Part shown: positions 50,143 through 60,809 of the stretch, piece by piece
Layout: the number at the start of each line of letters is the position of its first letter
How positions within the stretch are numbered: the first letter of the stretch is position 1
DNA from: Nibricoccus sp.
Lineage (GTDB): Bacteria > Verrucomicrobiota > Verrucomicrobiia > Opitutales > Opitutaceae
Reading direction: 5' to 3'
Assembly: GCA_047602425.1 (NCBI GenBank)
Contig: JASGHG010000001.1
Coordinates: 3,488,001-3,552,000 of the forward strand
Length of the DNA stretch: 64,000 nucleotides
Made by a program: the position numbers and the translations under genes
Notes under the pieces: generated by a model
Databases searched by the model: none
What the model saw: the letters and a program-made list of their open reading frames with translations, nothing else
Told to the model about the DNA's origin: nothing

Positions 50143-52496
50143 AAAGGGTCAAAGTGAAGATTTATCGTCTCGAGCGCTTGGATGCTATTTTTCGAAGGTT
50201 CACGTTTGTTCCATCTGTAGTAATAGCCTTAGTACTGATCCTGACGTACGCGAACACATTCAACGTTCCCTTTCTTTTTGACGATATTCTTTCGATTCCC
50301 AACAATCCCAGTATCAGGTCACTGAAAACGGCTTTATTTCCCCCGGGAGAGTTGGGTCTAACTGTAGGGGGACGGCCGATTCTTAATCTAACATTCGCTC
50401 TAAACTACCTGATTGGAGGAAATAATTTAGTAGTTCTCCATATTACAAATTTGGCCATTCATCTACTTGTGGCGTTATTGATTCAAGGTTCGATTCGTAG
50501 GGTTCTTTCATTGCCTCTTTTTGACGAACGTTTCAGAAGTCATGCGGCTACTGTTGCTTTTTGCACAGCGCTACTGTGGGGTACTCATCCGCTTCAAACA
50601 GAATCTGTAACTTATATAGTGCAGCGAGCGGAGAGTTTCTCATCTTTATTGTACGTTTTGACATTATATTGTTTTATCAGATCGGGTATTGACGGAGGGA
50701 AGGATTCCCAATGGTGGTTGGTTGGCAGTGTGACGACCTGCTTTTTAGGCATGGGGACCAAAGAGACGATGGCCTCTGCGCCGATATTTGTCTTATTGTT
50801 CGATCGAGCCTTCGTTAGCGGCTCATTTGCTCAAGCCTGGCGAGCACGCAAATGGTATTACGTGGGCTTGGCGAGTACATGGCTATTTATTGTTTATTGT
50901 GTATTGGGTGCTGGAGGGCGGGCGACTACCGCGGGCTTTCAGTTGGGAATAGCGTGGTGGGATTATCTATTGACGCAATGTTTTGCTCAAGGGCGCTATT
51001 TTAGATTGTTCCTTTTGCCGTTTGGTCAAATTTTCGATTATGGACGACCATTGGTCAGTGAAGCTAGCTCCATCGCATTTCCTGGTCTCGCCGTCATAGC
51101 AGCATCGTTTCTATCTTTATATGCACTTGTGAAGAGACCCCGGATTGGAATATTGGGGTTCGGATATTTTGCGGTGCACGCGCCGACGTTGTTGATTCCT
51201 GTCGTTACTCAAACGATAGCGGAACATAGAATGTATTTCCCTCTTGGATTGTTGATTTTTGCCTTTGTATTGGTGATATACGGAAGGTTTGGCCAACGCG
51301 CGGTACCATATTTTCTGGCGGTTTCATTGGCTTGGGGAATCACATCATTCTTGCGCAATAGAGATTATAGTACGATAGATCGGCTCTGGTTGGATACCGT
51401 CTCGAAAGTCCCGCAAAATAGTCGTGCGTGGCATTCAATCGGGCAGCAGCAGATGGCTCGAAAGGAATGGACCGCTGCTGAGGAAACACTTAAGCGTGCA
51501 CTGACCCTGCGGCCGAATGACTTTTTGGTGAAACAAGACCTAGCAACGGTATTAATCGCATTAGGCAAAATGGAGGAAGCGTCAGCTTGCTATAGAGACA
51601 TACTGGCATCTTTACCAAAAGACTTTAATCAAATATATAAAATTCGTGAGGATCTTGCGCTTCTATTGGAACAAACTGCCCATTTTGATGAAGCGATTGA
51701 TGAACTCGCAAAGGCATTAGAGGAATCACCGGAAAAAAAACGTCTACGCCTGGTAATTGGACACGTTATGGCGAGAGGAGGTCGACGAACAGACGCGAAG
51801 CGCTTGTTTTATGCGGTAACGTCTGAAAATTCTAAGTGTGAGGATAGCTGGATCGAATATGCTTCTGCGTTGATGGAAATGGGGGAGCCTCTTGCTGCTG
51901 TCGAACTGCTACATGAAGCGGAGAAAATATTACCAGGTTCGTTGGAACTGAGACGCGCGTTGGGCGTGGCATTGCAAACGGCTGGCCGCAATGAAGAAAG
52001 TATCAGTATATTAACGGAGTGTATACAACGTAAACCGAATTGGGGAGAGGCTCTATTTAACTTGGGTGTATCTAAATTGAACCTCCGCCAAGGGGAGGAA
52101 GCGGAAAAGTATTTTTTTGCTGCAGAAATGAACGGGGTTTTCACGCCCGCCTTGCAAGCTGCTTGGGGCCGCGCGGCGTTGGGACAAGGACGCGAGCAGG
52201 AGGCGATCCGGCGACTGACGAAAGCAGTAGATTCAATGGTAATGGATTGGGAAAATCGGTATATTCTGGCAAACTTGCTGCTGTCTCACGGCGCAGCTGA
52301 AAAAGCGGTTGGGCATTACGAAAAAGTAATCGCTCGCAGGCCCAACCACGTGAACGCGCACAACGAATTGGGCGTGGCTTATCTGGAATTAGGACGAAAA
52401 GCAGATGCACGACGGGAGTTTGAAACTACCCTCAAGTTGCAGCCGTCTAACGAGGACGCACTAGCAAACTTAAAAGACTTGGACGCACAGCCATGA
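50139..52496 (+). CDS. TMTC-like GT-C membrane glycosyltransferase with C-terminal TPR array (paralogue 2)
   Basis: PFLFDD, GRP, THPLQTESVTYIVQRAE, TKE, AEHRMYF; TPR repeats; ATGA overlaps at both ends. Confidence 0.85.
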   Translation: MKRVKVKIYRLERLDAIFRRFTFVPSVVIALVLILTYANTFNVPFLFDDILSIPNNPSIRSLKTALFPPGELGLTVGGRPILNLTFALNYLIGGNNLVVLHITNLAIHLLVALLIQGSIRRVLSLPLFDERFRSHAATVAFCTALLWGTHPLQTESVTYIVQRAESFSSLLYVLTLYCFIRSGIDGGKDSQWWLVGSVTTCFLGMGTKETMASAPIFVLLFDRAFVSGSFAQAWRARKWYYVGLASTWLFIVYCVLGAGGRATTAGFQLGIAWWDYLLTQCFAQGRYFRLFLLPFGQIFDYGRPLVSEASSIAFPGLAVIAASFLSLYALVKRPRIGILGFGYFAVHAPTLLIPVVTQTIAEHRMYFPLGLLIFAFVLVIYGRFGQRAVPYFLAVSLAWGITSFLRNRDYSTIDRLWLDTVSKVPQNSRAWHSIGQQQMARKEWTAAEETLKRALTLRPNDFLVKQDLATVLIALGKMEEASACYRDILASLPKDFNQIYKIREDLALLLEQTAHFDEAIDELAKALEESPEKKRLRLVIGHVMARGGRRTDAKRLFYAVTSENSKCEDSWIEYASALMEMGEPLAAVELLHEAEKILPGSLELRRALGVALQTAGRNEESISILTECIQRKPNWGEALFNLGVSKLNLRQGEEAEKYFFAAEMNGVFTPALQAAWGRAALGQGREQEAIRRLTKAVDSMVMDWENRYILANLLLSHGAAEKAVGHYEKVIARRPNHVNAHNELGVAYLELGRKADARREFETTLKLQPSNEDALANLKDLDAQP

Positions 52497-54732
52497 AAAA
52501 TTCCGTATTGATCGTATTCGGCCTGATGGTGGCTACACAGAATTTTATGATGGGTAGCGAGATTCTCCATGTAGACTTGAACCCGGTCACCGACCGCAAG
52601 GATGTGATCACGCCGGGATGGGTGAACTGGACCGTGCCGGAAGGCGCGCAGGCTACGCAGACCTTTGGCAAGGTGACGGTGACTTTGCGCAAGGCGGGCA
52701 ATGTGGGCGCCGGCTTGTGTGGTGTCATGTGGAAGGGCGGTTACGACACGGGCGCAACAATGGTAAGCGACGGCGTTACCGTGAAAGAGGGCGAAAAGGG
52801 CGGGGCGATGGAATTTGTGTTGAGCGGTCTTTCGCCCGGATCCGACACAGTTTGCTGACGTGGCACAATGAGATTTCTGCAAAATCTCAAAGCACTTGCC
52901 GCGTATCGGTCGACGGCGTTGTGAAGATCGAAAAATTACAACCGACCTTGCGTGCCACTGATGACGAGGACGCTGCGCAGGTCTATTTGGAATTTGAAGC
53001 CGCGGAAGGTCGTGACGTTGTGGTACTGTATCAGCCAGATGGTTCTGCCGGGGTTGGCAACGTGGTGATCAATGGATTTGAGCTGGATGCCGTAAATCCG
53101 GCCTTGCAGGCCCGAAAACCTTCGCCCGCGAATGGCGATGAGCATGCGCCTGAAAATCCTGTTTTGCGCTGGAGCCCGGCCAAAAATGCCAAGGCGCATC
53201 GCGTCTATTTTGGCCAAAGCAAGGAAGCAGTTGAAGCGGCTACGCCCGAGTCAGACGAATGCAGAGGGGTTTTTGCCTCACCGGCCTTCGAGACGAAGGA
53301 ATTGGCTCCGGATCATATGCGGACTTGGTTCTGGCGTGTGGACGAGATCGACGCTGAAAAAAACGTGACCAAGGGTAGTGTTTGGAGTTTTCGGCCACGC
53401 CATCTTGCTTTCCCGGGGGCAGAAGGTTATGGTCGCTATGCCATCGGAGGCCGTGGCGGTCGGGTGCTGGAAGTGACCAACCTCAACGACAGCGGGCCTG
53501 GCTCATTGCGCGAGGCGGTTGAGGCGGAAGGGCCCCGCACGGTCATTTTTCGAGTCGGCGGCGCGATCAATTTGAAATCGAAGCTGGTCATCCGAAATCC
53601 CTATCTGACCGTGGCCGGACAAACTGCTCCCGGCGATGGCATCGCGGTGCATGGGTACACGTTTGGCTGCTACGCCGTGCATGATGTGATCTTGCGCTAC
53701 ATACGCATCCGTGTGGGCGATCGCTCGGGCGAAACGATGGATGGCTCGGGCATGGGCGCTTCGACCGATCACGCGATCATGGATCATTGCTCGATCGCGT
53801 GGTCGATTGATGAAGGTTTTAGTTCGCGGGGAGGAAAGAACTTTACGTTGCAACGTTCGATTGTGGGCGAGGCGCTTAACATGTCAGTGCATTCGCATTA
53901 TGTCGGCACGGGAAAAGGGCACAGTTTTGCCGGCAGCATCTCCGGTGACATTGCCAGCTTTCATCATAACTTGGTGGCGAACTGCGCGGGCCGAAACTGG
54001 AGCCTGGCCGGAGGGCTTGACCGCCGCGGTCTATTTGCCGGGCGACTCGATATCCGAAATAACGTCGTCTATAACTGGAGTCACCGCACAAACGACGGCG
54101 GAGTGAAGGCGCTGAACCTGGTTGGCAATTATTATATTCCCGGGCCGGCCAGTAAAGTTTTCCATTTGCTCATGCCTGATTTTGGCACGGTGAAGGATCC
54201 GCAGCAGTACTTTCTGAACGGAAATAAAATGGAAGGGAAACCAGAATACGACGCGGACAATTGGGCTCACGAAGGGGTCAAGCTTCAGGAGAAAAGTCTG
54301 AATGAAATCAAGCTAACCAAAAGCCAGGTTCTGGAGTTAATCAGGCTGCCCAAGCCGTTTTGCGAATCGTACGTCGCCACACAACCGGCACGCGATGCGT
54401 ACGAAAATGTCATGGCTGACGTGGGCGCAAATTTTCCAAAATACGACTCTGTCGATGCCCGCGTCGTGAGGGATGTTTTGAAACGTGGTGTCACGGCTCA
54501 CGGTAGTAAAACCGGAATGCCTGGAATCATCGACTCACAAAAAGACGTGGGCGGCTATCCCGAAATGAAAGGCGGGGATGCGCCCGTCGACGGCGACCAC
54601 GATGGTTTGCCCGATGCGTGGGAATCGGCCCATGGCCTCGATCCAGCGAGTCCAACGGATGCGCAGAAGGTGGGCAATGGTGGCTATACGCATCTCGAAA
54701 ATTACCTGAACGAATTGCCGCTGAAAAAATGA
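52493..54732 (+). pseudogene. PL1 pectate lyase-like gene, frameshifted near 52841
   Basis: The N-terminal frame (MKNSVLIVFG...LSGLSPG) stops at 52858. A second frame continues RHSLLTWHN...AFPGAEGYG...DSGPGSLR...AGQTAPGDG...WSIDE...DGLPDAWE to 54732. Confidence 0.8.
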
Positions 54733-57074
54733 ATCGGTTCGTGCACCTTTTCCAACGAGCCTTCTTTGGCGTCGCATTTTTAGTTGTGGCGAGAAGTTTT
54801 GCTTGCGCGGACAATGTCTCTGCGCCGGGCTCCGGGCTTTGCCTTTGGTACACAAAGCCCGCCGGCAAATGGGACGAGGCACTGCCGATCGGCAACGGTC
54901 GCATGGGCGCCATGTTTTTTGGCGGCGTAGCCTCTGAGCGAATTCAGTTCAACGAGGATACGCTCTGGACGGGAAAACCGCACGACTATGCCCGCCCCGA
55001 TGCGCATACGCACCTCGCCGAGATCCGGCGGCTCATTGCTTCCGGTCAGGATGAAGCGGCAAAGAAACTCGTGCGCGAGAAGTTTCTCAGTGTGCCACTT
55101 CGCCAGAAGGCGTATCAACCTTTTGGAGACATACGAATCGTGTTTCCAGCCCATGAGGTTTTCACCGATTACCGGCGCGAGTTGGACCTGCAAAACGCGG
55201 TTGCCCGCGTTGGCTATCGAATAGGCAATGTCGTCTACCGCCGGGAGGTGTTTGCGAGCTATCCTGCACAAGCGGTGATTGTGAAAATCTCGGCGGATAA
55301 AAAGCAGGCGATTTCATTTTCGCTGAAGTTGGACAGTCCGCATAAAGTCTCCAGGTCCAAACCAGTCGCGCCCGACACGCTTTTGGTGCAGGGACAGGTG
55401 CAGGAAGATGGGTTGGGGTTTGAGGCGCGTGTACTTGTTCAAGCCAACGGTGGACGTATCTCTATTACGGAAGCGGGCATTGCGGTCGAAGCGGCGGACT
55501 CTGTCACTTTGATTTTGGTTGCGGCAACCAGTTTCAGAAATTTTCAAGACATCTCTGCGGACCCTGCTGCACGTTGCGAAGCCGATCTGGCGCAGCTTCG
55601 AGAGAGAACTTATGAGGAATTGTTGGCCGAGCACGTGGCGGATTACCGAGCGCTTTTCGGGCGCGTTTCGCTCGATCTCGGTCGCAATGCACAGGCGGAC
55701 AAACCCACCGATCAGCGGCAGCGGGAACTCAAAATGTTCGGATTGGAAAAGGACCCGGCGCTGGCGTCGTTGTTTTTTCAATACGGCCGCTATCTTTTGA
55801 TTGCCAGCAGTCGTCCCGGAAGCCGTCCAGCCAACTTGCAGGGCGTGTGGAACGAATTGCTGGACCCACCGTGGGAAAGCAAATGGACGACCAATATCAA
55901 TGCCGAGATGAACTATTGGCCGGCCGAAGTGACGAATCTCGGCGAATGTCATGAGCCGCTTTTCGATCTTACCGCCGACGTGGCAACGAGCGGAGCACGT
56001 ACAGCAAAGTCCCAATATGGATACGACGGCTGGGTGTTGCATCATAACACCGATCTCTGGTGCGGCACGGCGCCGATCAACAATATCGACGGCGTCTGGC
56101 CTACCGGTGGCGCGTGGTTGTGTCATCACCTTTGGGAACACCACCAATTTACTGGAGACAAAAGATTCCTCGCGAACCGTGCGTATCCGCTTTTCAAAGG
56201 CGCCTCGCGATTCTTCCTGGATTACCTTGTGAAGGACGAAAAGACCGGCTGGCTCGTGACGACGCCGTCGTTTTCGCCGGAGCAGGGCGGCTTATGTGCC
56301 GGCCCGACGATGGATACCCAACTGGTGCGGGCTCTTTTCGACTACACAATTGAGGCTGCACGCATTCTGAAAAAGGATACCGATTTCATTTCCAAGGTGA
56401 AGCAGGCGCGTTCGCAGTTGCCGCCGGATTTGATCGGGCGGCACGGACAATTGCAGGAATGGCTTGAAGACGTGGACAGGCCGAACAACAACCACCGGCA
56501 TATGTCACCGCTCTGGGCGCTTTACCCGGGGAACGACATCACACCTGCAAACGAGAAAGTTTTTGCTGCGGCCAAAACGCTCCTTAAGTGGCGTGGCGAT
56601 GGCAGCACAGGCTGGAGTTTTGCGTGGCGCATTCCATTATGGGCGCGAGTGGGCGACGGAGACTTTGCCTTTCGTCAGCTTAATCTCCAACTGACCAAGC
56701 GCACGTTGCCGAACCTTTTCGATCTTTGTGGTCCATTTCAGATCGATGGCAATTTCGGAGCCGCAGCTGGCATAGCTGAAATGTTGCTCCAAAGTCATCA
56801 GCGCACTGCTGGACTTACGGGCACCGTTGTCATCGAACTTCTACCTGCAGTGCCGAAAGTTTGGCGGGACGGTACGGTTGTTGGACTTTGCGCGCGGGAT
56901 GGATTCGAGGTCGACATCACTTGGCGGGACGCATCCCTGACGCGAGTCGCGGTTCGCTCCAAGCTCGGGCGGCCATGCATTCTGCGAAATGGCGTTCATG
57001 AAATAAGAATTGATACCGAAATGGGTAAAAGTTATCTTTTTGACGGTTCTCTAGCCAGAACCGACTCGAAATAA
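54729..57074 (+). CDS. GH95 alpha-L-fucosidase/alpha-L-galactosidase
   Basis: WDEALPIGNG, FQYGRYLLI, NLQGVW, NINAEMNYW, SPE, HRH, FQIDGNFG. Confidence 0.93.
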   Translation: MNRFVHLFQRAFFGVAFLVVARSFACADNVSAPGSGLCLWYTKPAGKWDEALPIGNGRMGAMFFGGVASERIQFNEDTLWTGKPHDYARPDAHTHLAEIRRLIASGQDEAAKKLVREKFLSVPLRQKAYQPFGDIRIVFPAHEVFTDYRRELDLQNAVARVGYRIGNVVYRREVFASYPAQAVIVKISADKKQAISFSLKLDSPHKVSRSKPVAPDTLLVQGQVQEDGLGFEARVLVQANGGRISITEAGIAVEAADSVTLILVAATSFRNFQDISADPAARCEADLAQLRERTYEELLAEHVADYRALFGRVSLDLGRNAQADKPTDQRQRELKMFGLEKDPALASLFFQYGRYLLIASSRPGSRPANLQGVWNELLDPPWESKWTTNINAEMNYWPAEVTNLGECHEPLFDLTADVATSGARTAKSQYGYDGWVLHHNTDLWCGTAPINNIDGVWPTGGAWLCHHLWEHHQFTGDKRFLANRAYPLFKGASRFFLDYLVKDEKTGWLVTTPSFSPEQGGLCAGPTMDTQLVRALFDYTIEAARILKKDTDFISKVKQARSQLPPDLIGRHGQLQEWLEDVDRPNNNHRHMSPLWALYPGNDITPANEKVFAAAKTLLKWRGDGSTGWSFAWRIPLWARVGDGDFAFRQLNLQLTKRTLPNLFDLCGPFQIDGNFGAAAGIAEMLLQSHQRTAGLTGTVVIELLPAVPKVWRDGTVVGLCARDGFEVDITWRDASLTRVAVRSKLGRPCILRNGVHEIRIDTEMGKSYLFDGSLARTDSK

Positions 57075-57140
57075 GAGGAGAGCGTGTTACTTCTTGAGGT
57101 GCCGGTCGTCTCTGTGATTACAAATCACTAAGCTAGTTTC

Positions 57141-58847
57141 ATGAAATACAGCTTCCTCTCTCCGTTTCTAAGAAATTCAATTTCCCTTGGCGTATGCTTA
57201 CTTGGCTTATCGGCACTGCCAGCGGTTGGCCTAGCGCGCGAAAGTTGGCCGGAGCCGACTGAAACCGCCAAACGCGCTGCTGCTGCTGCGAAGGTTCATG
57301 AAGCCGAGGTGTGGAAGCGGATCGAGCCCGAGTTGCAGGCGTGGGCGGCCAAAGGCAAACCCTACATTCCTAATGCCGGCAGGCCAGGCGTGGATTTGCC
57401 GCAAGCGACTGTACCGGCATTTCCTGGTGCGGAAGGCGCTGGCGCGTACAGTTTCGGCGGACGTGGCGGGAAAGTTTTTGTTGTTACAAGTCTGGCTGAC
57501 AGCGGCCGGGGTACGTTTCGCGAGGCCTGCGAAGCCGCCGGACCACGTATCGTTGTATTTAACGTCGCTGGTATTATCCAACTGGAGAGCCCGGTCCATA
57601 TTCGCGCGCCTTACATAACTATTGCTGGCCAAACAGCGCCGGGTGACGGCGTATGTATTGCCGGAGCCACTACAGCCATCGATACGCACGATGTGGTGAT
57701 TCGCTATATGCGTTTTCGCCGGGGTCAGGCGGATGTTTCCGAGCGCGACGACTCGCTCGGCGGCAAGCCCGTGGGCAACATCGTTCTCGATCACGTTTCG
57801 GCGAGCTGGGGCTTTGACGAAAATCTCTCGATCTACAGTCATCTCTGCAAATCCGACGACGGTACAAAAGATATCAAGACGCCAACCGTGCATCTCACCA
57901 TCCAATGGACGATTTCGAGCGAGGGGTTGAACACCTATTCGCATGGCTTTGGCGGCACCTGGGGCGGACGTTATGTTTCTTTCCACCACAACCTTTTTGC
58001 CTGCAACAGTGGTCGCAATCCGAGCATCGGGTGGGGCGACCAAATCGATTTCCGCAACAATGTTCTTTTCAACTGGGTTCATCGCAGCATCGACGGTGGG
58101 GACGCGACCTCGTGGGTAAATGTTGTGGGGAACTACTTCAAACCTGGACCGGCGACCGAGGGCGAATTGCGGCATCGCATTGCGAAACCCGAGGCTTTCC
58201 GAAATTTCAAGGAGGGCGGCGACCGCGAAGGCAAATGGTATATCGCCAGAAATATTGTTGAGGGAAACGAAACAGTCACCAAGGACAATTGGTCTGGTGG
58301 TGTACAACTCGACACAGAGAAACCATTGAAAATCACCAGCTCGACGGTTGTTGGAACGGGTGACCGCGCCAAGGACATCGAGCTCTACCTCGCGAAGGGG
58401 CGCATGGCGAAGCCATTTGAGGCGCCGGCGATTTCTGAGCAACAAGCGGCCGAGGCTTACCAACTTGTCCTGGATCGGGTAGGCGCCACGCTTCCGAAGC
58501 GCGATGCAGTCGATCTCCGCGTAGCCGAACAAGTAAGAACCGGTAATTGTATTTACACGGCGGGTAAAGGTATCATCACGGACATTTCGCAGGTCGGCGG
58601 TTATCCGACGTACCAAGGCATTCCAGCCTCCGATCTGAGTGAAGACGGGATTCCCTTGTGGTGGAAAAATAAATATAAACTTGATCCCCATGATCCGACC
58701 CTCGCCTCGAAGGACCTGCAAGGAGACGGTTACACCGTCATTGAAAAGTACCTCGCAGGTCTTGATCCGACCAAGAAGATCGACTGGACCAATCCGGCGA
58801 GTAATGTGAACACGCTTTCCACAGCTGCATTTAGTCCGACCAAATAA
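57141..58847 (+). CDS. PL1 pectate lyase-like protein
   Basis: Signal peptide, AFPGAEGAG, GGRGG, AGQTAPGDG, DHVSASWGFDE, HHNL..GRNP. Confidence 0.9.
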   Translation: MKYSFLSPFLRNSISLGVCLLGLSALPAVGLARESWPEPTETAKRAAAAAKVHEAEVWKRIEPELQAWAAKGKPYIPNAGRPGVDLPQATVPAFPGAEGAGAYSFGGRGGKVFVVTSLADSGRGTFREACEAAGPRIVVFNVAGIIQLESPVHIRAPYITIAGQTAPGDGVCIAGATTAIDTHDVVIRYMRFRRGQADVSERDDSLGGKPVGNIVLDHVSASWGFDENLSIYSHLCKSDDGTKDIKTPTVHLTIQWTISSEGLNTYSHGFGGTWGGRYVSFHHNLFACNSGRNPSIGWGDQIDFRNNVLFNWVHRSIDGGDATSWVNVVGNYFKPGPATEGELRHRIAKPEAFRNFKEGGDREGKWYIARNIVEGNETVTKDNWSGGVQLDTEKPLKITSSTVVGTGDRAKDIELYLAKGRMAKPFEAPAISEQQAAEAYQLVLDRVGATLPKRDAVDLRVAEQVRTGNCIYTAGKGIITDISQVGGYPTYQGIPASDLSEDGIPLWWKNKYKLDPHDPTLASKDLQGDGYTVIEKYLAGLDPTKKIDWTNPASNVNTLSTAAFSPTK

Positions 58848-58876
58848 CCCTGCGAAATTTTCCAAAACTTCAGCAC

Positions 58877-59590
58877 ATGTCGTCTCAATTCAAAACCACG
58901 GCCGTTTCCGCAATTATGTTTCTCCTTTCGATCCCTGTTTTTGCGGGTGTCGATGGCAAACCTGAGATTTCGGTTCCCGCCAAACCTCCGGCTTCAGCCG
59001 ATTCCAGCGACGCCGTCTATGCTCGAAAATTGCAGGAGCGCGTCGTCAAGATCGTGGCCACGCTGGACCTCAAAGACGAAAAACAACGCGAGCGCGTGCA
59101 CAACGTGATTGTGGCTCAATATCGCCTGCTAAACACCTGGCATGATACAAACGATTCGCATCTGACGGAGTTGAAGAAAACAGCTTCCGGACCTGACACT
59201 GAAAAGTCCGCCGCGGCGAAAACCGAAATCGAGGCGATCAAAGCCACGCTCAAGACCGTGCACGACAATTATCTCGCCGAGTTGGCAAAGGATCTTTCCC
59301 CCCAACTTATTGAAAGAGTCAAAGACGGCATGACCGTCGGAAAAGTTCAGTTTACCTATACGGGTTACGTGCAACAGATCCCTTCGCTGACCGAAGAACA
59401 AAGAGCCAAGGTGTTGGAATTACTCAAGGAGGCTCGGGAGGAGGCAATGGACGCTGGAAGTATGGACGAGAAATCCGATATTTTTAATCGTTACAAAGGT
59501 CGCATTAATAACTGGCTTTCGAAGCAGGGTGTCGAGCAAGGCAAGGGGAAGAAGCCCAAGGCGGAAAAGAAGGAACCGGCAGCCCAATAA
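58877..59590 (+). CDS. Secreted helical protein, DUF3826-like
   Basis: Signal peptide; VKDGMT, EAREEAMDAGS, YKGRINNWL. Confidence 0.75.
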   Translation: MSSQFKTTAVSAIMFLLSIPVFAGVDGKPEISVPAKPPASADSSDAVYARKLQERVVKIVATLDLKDEKQRERVHNVIVAQYRLLNTWHDTNDSHLTELKKTASGPDTEKSAAAKTEIEAIKATLKTVHDNYLAELAKDLSPQLIERVKDGMTVGKVQFTYTGYVQQIPSLTEEQRAKVLELLKEAREEAMDAGSMDEKSDIFNRYKGRINNWLSKQGVEQGKGKKPKAEKKEPAAQ

Positions 59591-59601
59591 TATTCACAAC
59601 G

Positions 59602-60567
59602 ATGACCTCATCCAATCGTCCAGAGGATTTCAGAGGTTTGACGCGGCGGCGCTTTCTCGGAACTGCGGTCGCAGGTATGCTTTTGGCCCAGCGATCGCTT
59701 TGGGCGGACGATCTAGTTAAGGCAATGCCCGAAAAGACGGAACCGCATCCGCCGCGCAAATCTCAGCGCTATAAAGTCGCCGCGGCGGACATCATGTTGC
59801 TCAAGCGCCAAAAGCTGGGGGCATTGCCATTGGCCCGGGAGCTTGGTCTCGAAGGCGTCGAGGTCGACATGGGCGGCTTGGGCGATCGACCTACTTTCGA
59901 CAGCAAACTCAACGATCCTGCTATTCGACAGCAATATTTCGAGAAATTGGCCGAACTGGATCTCGAGATCAGTTCGCTCGCGATGACGGGCTTCTTCGCT
60001 CAATCGTTTCCCGAGCGGGAAGGCTACGAGAGGACTATACAGGATTGTATCGATGCAATGGTTGCGCTCAAAGTGAAAACGGCCTTCCTGCCACTCGGCA
60101 TTAAAGGCGATCTTCAGCAACGTCCGGAGATGCGGCCAGCAGTGATCGCGCGTTTAAAAAAAATCGCGAAGCCTGCGGAAGAGGTTGGTGTGATCATCGG
60201 CGTAGAGACATCGCTAAGTGCGGCTGAAGAAGTGAAATTGTTTGATGAAATCGGTTCACCATCGATCCGCAGCTATTTCAATTTCGCCAATGCCATTAAA
60301 AATGGCCGGGATATTTGCACTGAGTTGCGCACGTTGGGCCGTGAGCGGGTCTGCCAGATTCATTGCACCAATGAGGATGGCGTCTGGCTGGAGAAAGATC
60401 CCAAGGTCGACTTGCCGAAAATAAAAAACACCCTGGATGAGCTTGGCTGGTCCGGTTGGTTGGTGATGGAACGTTCCCGCGACGCCGCCGATCCGCGTAA
60501 TGTGAAACGCAACTTCGGCGCCAACGCCGCATACCTAAAATCCGTTTTCCAAAATCCAGCTCTATAA
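59602..60567 (+). CDS. Tat-exported xylose-isomerase-like TIM barrel protein
   Basis: TRRRFLG twin-arginine signal; GVET, QIHC and MERS metal-site-like motifs. Confidence 0.85.
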   Translation: MTSSNRPEDFRGLTRRRFLGTAVAGMLLAQRSLWADDLVKAMPEKTEPHPPRKSQRYKVAAADIMLLKRQKLGALPLARELGLEGVEVDMGGLGDRPTFDSKLNDPAIRQQYFEKLAELDLEISSLAMTGFFAQSFPEREGYERTIQDCIDAMVALKVKTAFLPLGIKGDLQQRPEMRPAVIARLKKIAKPAEEVGVIIGVETSLSAAEEVKLFDEIGSPSIRSYFNFANAIKNGRDICTELRTLGRERVCQIHCTNEDGVWLEKDPKVDLPKIKNTLDELGWSGWLVMERSRDAADPRNVKRNFGANAAYLKSVFQNPAL

Positions 60568-60637
60568 GGATGCGAGGCACCCATTTAAAACCGGCGCTAA
60601 GAACACTTCGACATATCGTAAGTGCTTGTTTATAAAG

Positions 60638-60712
<75 letters not shown>

Positions 60713-60809
60713 GTTTTATGTCCCGGGCCACCTAGGGCGGCTGGGAAGTGGGACGGTATGAAGCGGCTGGAGGGCGTCAAGGTTTTCGTGGGGCACCTTC
60801 CTTAGCGTG

